Positions 20,400 to 31,435 of a stretch of DNA of 64,000 bases are shown here, in pieces; the first letter of the stretch is position 1; each line of letters starts with the position of its first letter. Position numbers and translations under genes: made by a program. Below the pieces are notes generated by a model. It saw only the letters and a program-made list of their open reading frames with translations, was not told where the DNA came from and did no database searches. The stretch lies in the NCBI GenBank assembly GCA_963726455.1, contig CAVSCK010000004.1, positions 640,001 to 704,000 of the forward strand, written 5' to 3'. Origin of the DNA: an uncultured bacterium. Its GTDB lineage: Bacteria > Zixibacteria > MSB-5A5 > CAIYYT01.

Positions 20400-20805
20400 G
20401 AGCAACCTCCTGTGCGTGTACTTGCTTAAGGCGGGCGTATTCTTTGGTCGCAGACTCGACCACAGCGAAGAGTCTGTTGATATTGAACGGTTTGGTAATA
20501 TAGTCGTATGCACGTTTGCGCAGGGCGTCAACGGCGGTCTCTACGGAGGGAAAGGCCGTCATGACGATCACCGGCAAATTCGGGATATTGTGACGGAGAT
20601 CTTCGACAAGCTGCAAGCCGTCGATTCCGCCCATTTTGATATCGGTGAGAACCACATCGAAATCGGGATGCTGCTCAGCGATCTCCAGCGCCTCGTCGGC
20701 GTTGTTGGCGGTCATTATGGAGTAATTCTTCGAGAGGAAGTAATCATAAAGTAGGTCGCGAATGAGCAACTCATCGTCGACAATGAGAATCTTTGGACTT
20801 TCCAT
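20389..20805 (-). CDS. Single-domain response regulator
   Basis: IVDDE, DIKM, ITKPF. Confidence 0.88.
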   Translation of the reverse strand: MESPKILIVDDELLIRDLLYDYFLSKNYSIMTANNADEALEIAEQHPDFDVVLTDIKMGGIDGLQLVEDLRHNIPNLPVIVMTAFPSVETAVDALRKRAYDYITKPFNINRLFAVVESATKEYARLKQVHAQEVAHEE

Positions 20806-22733
20806 TATATTACCTCTTCCTCGATTTTGGCGATTGCTTCGTTGACGGCCCCGACAACGTCGGGGTTACGGTCGCGCGCTGTGCTTCGCAGGAACGGCAG
20901 CGCCCGTTTATCATGCAGCTTTGAAAGCGCCTTGGCCGCAGCCACGCGCAACACGTCGTTTTCATCGGTCAGGAATGGAATGACATGATTGATTGTATCC
21001 TGAGTGCCGATCTTGCCGAGGATGTTAAGAACATAGAACCTGACCCACAGATCCTCATCGTTTAACAAGCAGAGAATTGCGTCATGCGCATCAGGGCCGG
21101 CAATTGCTACGATCGCATCCAGTGCCGCCTTGCGAACCTGGGCTTCCTCGTCATTGAGCATTGTCTTGATATGTTCAATCGCAGATTTTTCGGCGATCCG
21201 TCCCAGCGACTCGACAGCCGATTTGCGAATTTCCCATTCCGGATGGTTGAGTGCGTCGATAAGCGGTTCGACCACGCTGGTCTCACCGATCCACCCCAAT
21301 GCCTGGGCGGCCATTATCTGGCGCATCGGCAGTTTGTGATGGAGATCAGCGCGCAACCGCGCAATGACCTCAGAGGTAGGACTGAGGACGATAGCGCCGA
21401 GGGCGGCCTGACGAACATCAGGATACGGATCATCCAATCCGGAAAACAAAGGATCAAGTGCCTGTTCGCCCCCGATCCAGCCGATCGCCTTGAAGGCGGC
21501 CGAACGAACGTGTCCGACGTGATCGGTCGTTAGTTTCACCAGAATCGGAATGACCGGCGTTTCACCGATCTTGCCAAGTGTAGATGCCACCCGTTCGCGC
21601 ACCGATTCATCGGAATTGTCCACCAGCGGCAGAACGTCACGTACGAAGTGAGAGTTTCCGGTGGCGGCAATCATGTCGAGCAGATTGCAGGTCATCGCCT
21701 GAGATGCCTTCGTTAGCGCAAGTGAGATTTTCTCGGTCGCAGCCGTGGCGGTAACCGTCAGAACTTCCTTCGCCTTAAGACATACCTCTTCGTCTGAATC
21801 GGCAAGCGCGTGAAGCATCAGGTCGATCGCGGTCGGGGTTTCCCAGGAGCGCAGCTCTTCGAGCGCAAACAGTTTGGTCTGCTTGTCGCCGGTTTTGACC
21901 GCCTTGGTCAGACAACCGAGTAGTTGCGTTGCCGGCAGGTCTTCGAGCACGGAATGATCTGTGGCACGCGCCAGCTTTATGAGGGAGCTCACGACGGCCT
22001 CTTGCAAGGCGTCATCATCCCGCGTCAGCAGCTTGCGCAGGTACGGTTCCACGTCGCGGCTCTTCATGTTACCCATAGCTTCGACAGCCGTGAACACGAC
22101 GACCGGATCCGTATCATCGAGCGCCTTAACCAGTTGAGGTAAGGCGCGATGATCGCCGATCTTGCCGAGCGCTTCGACTACCTGTGGCCTGGCTTCGCTG
22201 TGATTGTTGTAGGTCGTTATCAATGGTTCGACCGCGGCTGGATTGCCCAGCAAACCAAGTGTCTCGGCAGCCGAACAAACAACATTCAGACTTGTGTCTG
22301 ACAGCGCCTTGACGACAACCGGTGTTGCCGAGCTATCGCGTATCGCACCAAGGATGTCGACGGCAAATTTGCGGACGTCGTGGTCGGGATCATCAACGCT
22401 TTCGGCCAGAGCCGGGACGGCCTGGTTTCCCAGTGCCGTGAGAAGTTCCGCCGCCAGATTGCGCGTTCCAATATTTTCATTGGATAAATAGCAGCAGAGA
22501 AACTTTGCGGCATCGGGTGAGCGCCTGCTGATAATTGCTTCCGCGGCTGATTCGCGAATACCTTTGTCGGGATCTTCCAATGCGGTGACCAGCGCCGCGT
22601 CGGCCTGAACATCATCAAACTTGCTCAACTCCCCGATGGCCTCTTCGCGATCAAATGCGTCGGCGCTCGATAGTTTCTCCAGCAATTGCTCCAACAACAT
22701 GCTGTCACCGCTCATGTCTGATCCTCTCGACAT
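20805..22733 (-). CDS. HEAT (PBS lyase-like) repeat protein
   Basis: Many LxDxDxxVRxxAxxxLGxI repeats. Confidence 0.92.
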   Translation of the reverse strand: MSRGSDMSGDSMLLEQLLEKLSSADAFDREEAIGELSKFDDVQADAALVTALEDPDKGIRESAAEAIISRRSPDAAKFLCCYLSNENIGTRNLAAELLTALGNQAVPALAESVDDPDHDVRKFAVDILGAIRDSSATPVVVKALSDTSLNVVCSAAETLGLLGNPAAVEPLITTYNNHSEARPQVVEALGKIGDHRALPQLVKALDDTDPVVVFTAVEAMGNMKSRDVEPYLRKLLTRDDDALQEAVVSSLIKLARATDHSVLEDLPATQLLGCLTKAVKTGDKQTKLFALEELRSWETPTAIDLMLHALADSDEEVCLKAKEVLTVTATAATEKISLALTKASQAMTCNLLDMIAATGNSHFVRDVLPLVDNSDESVRERVASTLGKIGETPVIPILVKLTTDHVGHVRSAAFKAIGWIGGEQALDPLFSGLDDPYPDVRQAALGAIVLSPTSEVIARLRADLHHKLPMRQIMAAQALGWIGETSVVEPLIDALNHPEWEIRKSAVESLGRIAEKSAIEHIKTMLNDEEAQVRKAALDAIVAIAGPDAHDAILCLLNDEDLWVRFYVLNILGKIGTQDTINHVIPFLTDENDVLRVAAAKALSKLHDKRALPFLRSTARDRNPDVVGAVNEAIAKIEEEVI

Positions 22734-22739
22734 TGGTCG

Positions 22740-23096
22740 TTAGCTTACTTTCACCCGCGCAGCGGTCAAGGACTCCTGCGCCTCCGCTTCGCTCGGGTAA
22801 ATTTCGAAGATGTGCGACAGTTGAGTGATCTCGAAGATCTCTTCAACGTAACTGGCCAGATTCGAAAGGACCAGACGGCCTTTGGCCAGGCGGACTTCTT
22901 TAAGAATTGAAACCAGCGTACCGAGGCCGGAGCTGTTGATAAAGTCGATCTGTCCGAGATTCAGGATGATTCGATTCTTACCCTGCGCGACGCGCTTGAG
23001 AATCTCTTCTTTCAAGTTGGATGAACTGGCAAAATCAAGACGCCCCTTCAGACTCAGCGTAATGAAGCCCTCATTTTCTGTTGTTCTGATTTCCAT
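22740..23096 (-). CDS. STAS anti-anti-sigma factor (RsbV/SpoIIAA-like)
   Basis: LKGRLD, FINSSGLG phospho-Ser motif. Confidence 0.92.
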   Translation of the reverse strand: MEIRTTENEGFITLSLKGRLDFASSSNLKEEILKRVAQGKNRIILNLGQIDFINSSGLGTLVSILKEVRLAKGRLVLSNLASYVEEIFEITQLSHIFEIYPSEAEAQESLTAARVKVS

Positions 23097-23115
23097 TGAC
23101 TCCTCCGTGTGACAC

Positions 23116-23566
23116 TTATCGTTGAACGACAGTACGTGTTTTCTGCCCGCGCAACCGGAAGGTGATGCTTACCCGCAGACCCCCTTCTAGTCGTTCCTCT
23201 ATTTCCAGTTTATCGGCAAATTTCTTGATGATACCTATACCACGGCCGCCACTTTTTTCCGTTTCGATATCTGGGCGAAGAGTTTCCAAGGGGATGGCGT
23301 TGCGACCGCTGGTTCCCTGATCTTCGACATCCACGCAAACCTCGTTTTCGTCCCAGGTGAAGATCAGGTTTACGCTCCTTAGCGGGATCCTTCTTGTTAC
23401 CGTGGAGATAGGCATTAGTGTACGCTTCTGAAACACAGACGGCGAAGTGGAAGGTGTCCTCCGTCGGCAGTCCCAGCCGCGAGGCAATTTCCATGGCCGC
23501 CACGTAGCAGCGGCTGAAATGGTCCTTGACCGGGGCGATCGTTATTCGATGTTCCTGCTTCATCAC
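23116..23566 (-). CDS. Anti-sigma factor kinase (RsbW-like), split by one frameshift near 23370
   Basis: SEAYTNAYLHG in one frame; VEDQG and GGRGIGII in another. Confidence 0.85.
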
Positions 23567-24865
23567 TTGATCTCAATCAGCAGCGTCGTGATGTCATCAC
23601 TCTGTGGCGCCGACTGATCCCCTTTGAAGTTTTCGATTTCTTTCATCAGCAGGTCGACAAATTCGGACGGCTCTTTGTCGGCATTGCGCAAGACGAATTC
23701 CGTGAGCCGTTCCCGGGCGTACATCTTCCCTTCCTTGTCCTCGCATTCGGTGATGCCGTCCGTGTAGAAGAGTATTTTATCCCCCGGCGACAGCGGCACG
23801 GTCTCCGACTTATAGAGGAAGCTGGGGAACTGCCCGAGCACGGTGCCCCCGGTCTTCCAGAGACTGATTTCGCCTGTCTCTTTGCGAATTAGAATGGGCG
23901 GAAGGTGCCCGGCGTTGACATAGGCGCAGGTCATCGAGTTCAGGTTGAAATAGGCATACGCCACCGAAATGAACATGTTTTCCGTCTTCAGCACCTGGTC
24001 GCACAGGAAGGCGTTCAGGTCGGTAATCATCTGGTCGATTTCGACGTTCTTGCCGGCTTCCATCCGGAATACCGACCTCACCGCCGTCATCATGAGAGCT
24101 GCAGGCATGCCCTTGTTACTGACGTCGCCCACGATGGTCACGAATTCATGAGGCGAAAGGCGAATGACGTCGTAGTAGTCGCCGCCCACTTGTCCAGCGG
24201 GCAGGTACGAGGCGGCAATAGTAGCGCAGTCCAAGGTCTCGAATTTCGAGGGCAACAGCGCCTGCTGTACCAGCCGCGCCAGCATTAGCTCTTGTTCAAG
24301 TTTCTGGCGGGTAAGGCGCTCCTTGAGCAGGTTGGCGTTCTCGATTGCCACGGCGGCAAAACGTACGAGAGTTTCGAGCGATTGCTTGTCCTCTTCCTCG
24401 AATCCGCCGCCGGTGGTCTTGTTGATAATAATTAGAACACCCAGTTGTTTTTCGTGCGTCGCCACCGGCACTGCGATGATGGCGTTGATCATCCCTCCGT
24501 GCGCCTTGGCTTCGGGGAAATCATTTATGACTATGGATTCGCCGGTGCGAAACGTCCAGGTGGCGATATCGACGTCGTTTTCGAGCTTGATCGACGTTGA
24601 TCGTGCGGTCATCTATGCCCCAGGAGATTTTTGTCTGCAGCCGGTCGCGTTCCTGGAGCATAATGCAGCCGACTTCGCCCCCCACCATCCGCGTAGCCAT
24701 GTCCATCATGGCGGACAGCACTTGTTCGATGTCAACCAGGGAGGTAATCATCAGCCCCATCGTGGCGACATCGTTCAGGCGCGCCGATTGGTCTTCGATC
24801 CGGTTTTCGAGTTCAAAGAGCTTGCGCTCGAGCAGTTCCATCTGCTTCTCAAGTAGCGATAGCAA
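23563..24865 (-). CDS. GAF plus SpoIIE/PP2C phosphatase (RsbU-like), split by one frameshift near 24600
   Basis: VGGDYYD, GDVSNKG, NAGH, YTDGITE, DDIT; the N-terminal GAF part is in ORF 24521-24865. Confidence 0.9.
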
Positions 24866-25306
24866 TTCGACATCCCTTCGTTTCAGGACGGTACGACGTA
24901 AGTTCTAATAGCAGGCGGTCTTAGGTTTGGTGCGCCTTCTTATTCATGCTATCGACAACGCTGACAGAAACTTGAAATGAACAGGCGGAATTGAAGGAAT
25001 AGTTGGGCCAGCGAGGCATCGACTTCCCCGTTTTGGACGAAGTCTTGACAATTTCCAAGAATTGAGTAACATGTGGGGTACTTCTGCCTGTGTGAAGGCG
25101 GATATGGGTCGGCTCGATAGTGTCGGGCGGCCTTATTAGTCTGAGAACCCTTATCGCTTTACTTACCCGCTCCCCCTCACCGGGGAAGTAAAAAAGATGG
25201 TCTGCGTCATTTGATATCACCGAGCTTGGTTCGTCTAAGTCATAGCTGCACCGATGATTTGACAGGTCGAATTCGAAGCAACGGATATCTGGCCAGTGGA
25301 GGACCA

Positions 25307-27535
25307 ATGCCCCGCATGTTTCTTTTGCTATCGATTTTCCTGGCATTCACGGTTACGGCGATCGCACAGGAAAAGACCTACGACTACAACAACCTCAGCC
25401 CGCAGGACATTCAAGAGCTGAAGGCAGATCGCCACAAATTCTATACAGCCGAGAAGGCGGGACAGGATCTCGCCATTAAAGAGCGGCTGGCAATGCGCAA
25501 TGTCCTGATCGACGGCAATCAGGCCGATTACGACGTTCGGTATTACGGCATCAACGTTAAGATCGATTTCAGCACTTACACGATTCAGGGGCACGTTGAC
25601 TACAAGATTCGCTCAAATATTGCAGCGCTAAATTCGATCGATCTCAATCTGCACGATCAACTGACCGTCGACTCCGTGAGATTCGGCAGTACGCCGGCCT
25701 CGTATAGCCGGGCTGCGGGCATACTGACCATAACGACACCCTCTCCTTACGCCCTGAATGCCGAATTCGATATGGCGGTATATTATCACGGGGCTCCCTA
25801 TTTCGACGGCACACTGGGGATGTTCTTTGGCAGCGTTTACGGTTACCAGATGTGTTACACAAACTGCGAGCCGTTCGGATCGCGTAATTGGTGGCCATGC
25901 AAAGACTATCCCTTGGATAAGCCAGACTCGGTTGACATCTATGTAGATTACCCCTCTTCATATAAGGTGGCCTCGAACGGTATCATCATTACCGACGTGG
26001 CAAATGGTACCGGCAGAAAGCTGGTCCACTATAAGCACAAATATCCGATTGCCACGTATCTGGTGGCGTTTGCCTGCGCTAATTTCGTGAACGGGCAACA
26101 GATCTGGACGTACAACTCGATCAATATGCCGGTCGTAACCTACACCCTGCCGAATGCCGGCGCCGCCAAGGCGTCATTCGAAACCTGGATGCCACCGGTG
26201 CTCACGAGACTCAGCGACAAATTCGGCACCTACCCGTTCTATACGGAGAAAGCGGGCAGTGCCCATTTCGGCTGGGGCGGAGCGATGGAACACCAGACTT
26301 GCACGTTCTACAATCCGACTTTCTATAACGACTGGGTAATTGCCCACGAGACCGCCCACCAATGGTTCGGCGACATGATTACCTGCAAGACCTTCAATCA
26401 TGTCTGGCTCAACGAGGGTTTCGCCTCCTATGGCGAAGCCCTGTTTTTTGAGGCCAATGCCGGCGGTTCACTGACCACATACCTCAATTATATGCAGACG
26501 CAGAAATATCTTGGCCCTGGGACTGTCTTTGTTGAGAACCTGCAGACGGACGACATCTTTGACAACAACCTGTCCTATAACAAGGGCTCGTGGGTACTGC
26601 ATATGTTGCGGGGAGTCCTGGGTGATACCACCTTCTTCCGAGTGCTGAGAGAATACGGCAACTCCCAATACCGGTTCAATTCGCTGACAACCGAGGATTT
26701 CTCGAACTTCGTTTCGTCGCGGGTCGGCACCGATATGTACTGGTTCTTCCACGAGTGGATTTATGGCGACGGCCAACCGGATTACCAGATCACGTGGCAG
26801 TGCCAGCGGGATACGTCGGCATTGGGCGGATTCAACGTGTACGTGTTCATCGAGCAGACCCAGACCGGCGGGACCTACTTCAAGATGCCGATCAAGACAA
26901 AATTCATCAGAACCGGCGGCACGCTCGATACGACGATTTGGAATGAAGGCAAAGGCCAGCTTTACGATCTGCATTTCCCGGATTCACTTACTAGTATCGT
27001 CCTCGATCAGCAGGAATGGATATTGCGGACGGTTCAGACGATTCCCTTCGGAATGCGAATTGTAACGGTAGCGCCGCCGAATGGCGAGGTAAACAGCCCC
27101 TATTTCTGGCAATTGGAGGCACTGGGCGGTACGCCGCCGTATCACTGGACCATGCTCGGCGGAGATTTACCTTACGGTCTCACGTTCAACGGTGACACGG
27201 TCGGTACGATAACGGGGACACCAACGTATGCTGCGACTTTCTACTACACGCTGGAAATGACCGATAGCAGTGTACCGGCGCAATCCGAGACCCGCGACTA
27301 CATTCACGTCATAAACAAGCAACAGCAAACGGCGATCTGTGGCGACGCGAACGCTGACGGCCACATTGACATTTCGGACGCCGTGTATATCATCAATTAC
27401 ATTTTTGCGAACGGACCAACGCCCAACCCGACGGTGCGAGGCGATGCCGATTGCAGCGGAAACATTGACATCTCGGACGTAGTATTCCTGATAAATTACA
27501 TTTTCGCCGGCGGACAGACTCCGCATTGTCCTTAG
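25307..27535 (+). CDS. Secreted M1 aminopeptidase with Ig-like and C-terminal dockerin-like domains
   Basis: ATG 25307 after GGAGG; GAMEH, HETAH-X18-E (WLNEGFA), YNKG; GGTPPY..LPYGL Ig repeat; paired GDAN/GDAD dockerin loops. Confidence 0.92.
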   Translation: MPRMFLLLSIFLAFTVTAIAQEKTYDYNNLSPQDIQELKADRHKFYTAEKAGQDLAIKERLAMRNVLIDGNQADYDVRYYGINVKIDFSTYTIQGHVDYKIRSNIAALNSIDLNLHDQLTVDSVRFGSTPASYSRAAGILTITTPSPYALNAEFDMAVYYHGAPYFDGTLGMFFGSVYGYQMCYTNCEPFGSRNWWPCKDYPLDKPDSVDIYVDYPSSYKVASNGIIITDVANGTGRKLVHYKHKYPIATYLVAFACANFVNGQQIWTYNSINMPVVTYTLPNAGAAKASFETWMPPVLTRLSDKFGTYPFYTEKAGSAHFGWGGAMEHQTCTFYNPTFYNDWVIAHETAHQWFGDMITCKTFNHVWLNEGFASYGEALFFEANAGGSLTTYLNYMQTQKYLGPGTVFVENLQTDDIFDNNLSYNKGSWVLHMLRGVLGDTTFFRVLREYGNSQYRFNSLTTEDFSNFVSSRVGTDMYWFFHEWIYGDGQPDYQITWQCQRDTSALGGFNVYVFIEQTQTGGTYFKMPIKTKFIRTGGTLDTTIWNEGKGQLYDLHFPDSLTSIVLDQQEWILRTVQTIPFGMRIVTVAPPNGEVNSPYFWQLEALGGTPPYHWTMLGGDLPYGLTFNGDTVGTITGTPTYAATFYYTLEMTDSSVPAQSETRDYIHVINKQQQTAICGDANADGHIDISDAVYIINYIFANGPTPNPTVRGDADCSGNIDISDVVFLINYIFAGGQTPHCP

Positions 27536-27557
27536 GACGACGACAATCTTGAATTTC

Positions 27558-27593
27558 GAGGCGCGGTCACGATGACCGCGCCTCTTTTTCTTT
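27558..27593 (+). terminator. Rho-independent terminator
   Basis: gaggcgcggtca-cga-tgaccgcgcctc followed by a T-run. Confidence 0.8.
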
Positions 27594-27696
27594 CGGCGGG
27601 ATATCTCGTGGTCAAATGGAAGGAAATGAAAAGGGCGAACAGCACGGAACGAGGCCGTGACGATTCGCCCAGATGTCGCTTAGCGAAGATTGGCTA

Positions 27697-27768
27697 TTAC
27701 TTCTTGGGTTTCTTCGACGGTTTCTTTTTCGTCTCTCTCTTAATGTCTCTCTTGCCTTTGGCTGCCAT
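27697..27768 (-). CDS. Putative 23-aa highly basic peptide MAAKGKRDIKRETKKKPSKKPKK
   Basis: GAGGA RBS 7 nt before the ATG, double stop TAA TAG, isolated in an intergenic gap. Confidence 0.55.
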   Translation of the reverse strand: MAAKGKRDIKRETKKKPSKKPKK

Positions 27769-28021
27769 AAACAAATCCTCACTTTGGGATTTAGGTTAAC
27801 ACTTTCCTTTGCGTATACGCAAGATCGAATGAGAACGTAGATTGTTAAACATACTTCGCAAATGCTTTTTGCAGAGAAGTCTCTGAAAATGTGCCGCTTG
27901 ATTCGTCCGGGTAGTAATTCGCGCCTGCCGTGAATGTGATTGCTCCGGAGGATGGCATTAGCTTACTTCATGGTTGAAAGATGAAGTAATCCTTAGCCAG
28001 AGGAACACAGGAGGAAGATTT

Positions 28022-28600
28022 ATGAAACCGACTCTACGACTGATAATCGCCTGCGCCTTGATTTGCTGGGCCGCAACCGCACCGGCACAAACGGGCGTCG
28101 TAACCAAGAAACCGACGGCACCGGCGATGCCGGAAATGGGAGCATCCAAACAGATCAAGCAACTGTCGGATATGACGGGTGAATGGAAAACAATGATCAA
28201 GTATAAAATGGACCCATCGCAACCGGTGTGGGCAGAGTCGGTCGGCAGTGCCAAATACGAGTATGTTCTGGATAGTTGCGGCATCATAGGGCATTTTTCA
28301 GGTGAGTTCGGCGGCATGGCGATGAACGGCATTATGGTGATTGCGTTCAACCGTGAACTCGGCAGGTATCAGACTTATTGGCTCGAAAGCATGATGGGAA
28401 ATCCCAGCTTCTGGCAAGGGTCGAAGGACTCCACCGGCGCCATCGTCTATACCGGCGTCGACAAGTACCAGGGCAAGGATGTGTACATGCGCATGACTCA
28501 GCGGATGCCCGACAAGAGATCGCTCATTATGAGTTTCGAGGAATCTTATGATGGCAAGACCTACAAACCATCGATGGAGATCACGCACACGAAGCAATAG
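28022..28600 (+). CDS. Secreted DUF1579-like protein
   Basis: ATG after AGGAGG, signal peptide, GEW...YQTYWLESM pattern. Confidence 0.7.
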   Translation: MKPTLRLIIACALICWAATAPAQTGVVTKKPTAPAMPEMGASKQIKQLSDMTGEWKTMIKYKMDPSQPVWAESVGSAKYEYVLDSCGIIGHFSGEFGGMAMNGIMVIAFNRELGRYQTYWLESMMGNPSFWQGSKDSTGAIVYTGVDKYQGKDVYMRMTQRMPDKRSLIMSFEESYDGKTYKPSMEITHTKQ

Positions 28601-28638
28601 GTTCGGGGGACGATTATCAAAATCTGTACACAAAAGAA

Positions 28639-28669
28639 AACGCGGTCGAGTCTGGGTCTCGACCGCGTT
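28639..28669. terminator. Hairpin terminator between convergent genes
   Basis: aacgcggtcgag..ctcgaccgcgtt with an adjacent A-run. Confidence 0.7.
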
Positions 28670-28705
28670 CGCCTTTACAGGGCCACCAAACTTCTGATCA
28701 TCCGG

Positions 28706-29116
28706 TTATGCCCAATCAACCGAATACTGAGCGGCGCCGGTTTGATCCCGCGATACGATGTGACTGCTAAGCAGTGTCTTGACGGTTTCTTTGAGTTCCG
28801 CAAGGTCCGGAGTCGACACCAGGCAAGCGTCGGCGAGCCAGGTAGAAAAATCATTCCAAAAGTCGAAGGTTTCAGACGTCATGATCACCGACATTTGCGG
28901 TTTCAAGCTGCGGAGGATCTCCAGCAGGTGATGTGCGCCCGGTTTTTCGCCGACTTCATTCAGAATCACCAGATCCACGGCCGAACGATTATTGAGGAAA
29001 TCGACAACCCCTTCTTCCGATGAAACAACGTACGGAACATACCCCTCAGATTTCAACTCGCTGGCACATTTCTTGCCGAAACGAGTGTCGTCACTGTAGA
29101 CTAAAATTGTGCTCAT
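28706..29116 (-). CDS. Atypical receiver-domain protein (pseudo-receiver)
   Basis: Start MSTILVYSDD after GGAGG; receiver-like pattern but DLVILN (Asp to Asn) and no KP. Confidence 0.7.
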   Translation of the reverse strand: MSTILVYSDDTRFGKKCASELKSEGYVPYVVSSEEGVVDFLNNRSAVDLVILNEVGEKPGAHHLLEILRSLKPQMSVIMTSETFDFWNDFSTWLADACLVSTPDLAELKETVKTLLSSHIVSRDQTGAAQYSVDWA

Positions 29117-29644
29117 ACCGCTATCCTCCGTGCAGCTCTCAATATGATTTTGTCTACCCATACAACCAGTTGGTTTCCGTTCGAGTTAAACGTTGCGTAT
29201 CGGTGTTAGCGAGAGGAACCGACACCTAAGCGGGGCGATACAATATCCGAATGAATCTTAATCGGATCAAGTATAAAATCTATTACCGTTGGCTTGTCAC
29301 GCAGCCGCTCCCGCAAAGCGACCTGAGTGAAGTTGGCGGTCAGTACCGAATGCGCCTCTGGACGGTTAGTCGTTCGCCCAGCTGTCTAAAATCTTATACG
29401 CGATTTCGTCGACACCCTTTCGAGATTTTTACAAAAGTTCTATAAAAACTCGCAAGAAAAAAGTACTGACCGGCCATTCGACCGATTTCTGTGGCTTAAT
29501 GCCACTAGAGCAAACTCGGGGTTGATGACGTGTCCGTGAGCAAAAAGTTCAGTCGAAGAACTCTGGGCCACAAACGGATTCTATGTGGTGCTGGCTCGAC
29601 AATTGCTTTACCGAACCACGGTGGCGAATGCGTCTCCGGCTATC

Positions 29645-30943
29645 TCAATACGGATGGACGATGTAGAAGACAGCCGATAGAAGGAACAATATCCACTGCA
29701 TCAGGCTGACTTCCCTGAAACGGCCGGTGAACAACTTGAGCAGCGGCCACGTGACAAAGCCGGCTGTCATGCCGATTCCGATATTGAAGGTGAAACTCAT
29801 GAGGATAATTGTGAGAAACGCCGGGACTAACTCGGTGTAGTCATCGAAGTTGACCTTTCGCACTGACGAAATCATGAAGGCCCCGACAATAATGCATGCC
29901 GGGCCATAAGACTCCGGACCGAGCGAAGTCAGAAGCGGCGCGACAAACAGGGAGAGCAAAAATAGCGCGGCGACTACGAGCGCGGTAAAACCTGTACGTC
30001 CCCCTTCCTCGATTCCCGTTGCCGACTCGATGTAAGCGCCGGTCGTGGTAGTGCCAAGGAGCGGCGCTGCCGTGGTTGCAATGGCATCGGCCAGCATCGG
30101 CTTTTCGATATCGGGCAGATTTCCCTTGTCATCCAGCAAGTTGGCGCGGGAAGATAGTCCGATCAAGGTGCCGATTGTGTCAACCAGTGCCATCACGAAG
30201 ATCATGATAACTACGGCGATTCCTGCCGCGGTGAATGCGCCGGCAAAGTCGATCTTGAAGAGAATCGGTGAGATATCAGGAGGCAGACTAACTAGTTGCG
30301 ACGGAGGTGGCGTTGCTCCGACTAAGACAGAGAATACGCCGGTGGCAACGATTCCTATCAAGATTGCTCCGCGAACCTTGAGAGCCAGTAGAACGGCAAT
30401 TACCAAGACCCCAAACAACGACAGCAGGGCCCTCGCCTCGCCGAGATTGCCCACCGACACTGGCGCACCGGGAACGCCAAGCCGGACAATTCCAGTCTCG
30501 TTAAGGCCGATAAAGGCGAGAAAGATTCCGATGCCGACGGCAAAGCTGTGCTTGAGCGACAAAGGTATCGCCTCGGCGACTTTGGTGCGCAGTTTCGTCA
30601 CGGTCAGCAGGATGAAAAGGACTCCGGCAAAGAAAACCGCCGCCAATGCGGTCTGCCAGGGAAAGCCCATCACTTTGACCACCGTAAAGGCGACAAAGGC
30701 GTTCTCTCCCATATAGGGTGCAATCGCGATCGGCCGGTTGGCGTATAGCGCCATCACGATAGTTCCGATCACCGCCGCGAGAATAGTCGCTGTCATAGAG
30801 GCGCCCCGAGGAATTCCAGCGACCTCCAGGATGGCAGGGTTCACGATAATAATGTAAGCCATTGTCAGGAAGGTCGTGACTCCGGCGATAGTTTCCTGGC
30901 GGTACCCCGTTTGAAATTTGCTGAATTGGAAGAAGCTTCTCAT
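29645..30943 (-). CDS. NCS2/AzgA-family purine permease
   Basis: AGVTTFLTMAYIIIVNP, APYMGENAF, YIESATGIEEGGRTG. Confidence 0.93.
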   Translation of the reverse strand: MRSFFQFSKFQTGYRQETIAGVTTFLTMAYIIIVNPAILEVAGIPRGASMTATILAAVIGTIVMALYANRPIAIAPYMGENAFVAFTVVKVMGFPWQTALAAVFFAGVLFILLTVTKLRTKVAEAIPLSLKHSFAVGIGIFLAFIGLNETGIVRLGVPGAPVSVGNLGEARALLSLFGVLVIAVLLALKVRGAILIGIVATGVFSVLVGATPPPSQLVSLPPDISPILFKIDFAGAFTAAGIAVVIMIFVMALVDTIGTLIGLSSRANLLDDKGNLPDIEKPMLADAIATTAAPLLGTTTTGAYIESATGIEEGGRTGFTALVVAALFLLSLFVAPLLTSLGPESYGPACIIVGAFMISSVRKVNFDDYTELVPAFLTIILMSFTFNIGIGMTAGFVTWPLLKLFTGRFREVSLMQWILFLLSAVFYIVHPY

Positions 30944-31353
30944 TTGGCTGTCCCTATTGCGGAGGGCAAAATAGACGATTCAACACTCTAGAAAAATAAA
31001 TTCTTGGCCGTCAAAGCGGAGTAACAGAATCTGCTTTCACCGATTGAATCATCGTGCGTCAACTGTGCAAACATGGTGCAAGTACGCCGCGATCATGTAA
31101 ACGAGATAAATCGTGCCGGCTTTGCCGGTCGAAAATCCTTACACCAACCCTCCAATCCTAACGCTTCGTAGTTCAACCCGTTAGTGTACTGAGCTAGTTC
31201 GACGCCTTCGCCCTCCGTCGGCATACTGGACAGACAGCAGCTTAGCCGCAAAAATACCGTCATCTGGCGTAAAGTGCAAGATTCATACATCACCTGAACT
31301 GCCTGTGTACGTGTCTGTTAGGAATGCATCACGCAAGGCCGCTTGTTCCGTTC

Positions 31354-31369
31354 TGGCACAAGAGTTGCG
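31354..31369 (+). promoter_or_regulatory. Sigma-54 promoter of the PEP-CTERM gene
   Basis: TGGCACAAGAGTTGCG, near-perfect -24/-12 site. Confidence 0.85.
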
Positions 31370-31435
31370 GGACCATATCTTCGTAATTATTCACTTAAGG
31401 ACAGCTTGAGCCTGTCAGAAAGGATCAATCGAACG

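Noticed and set aside
24921-25346. 141-aa ORF and the many other antisense or shadow ORFs in the track
   Set aside because: No motifs; they overlap stronger genes or divergent promoter regions.
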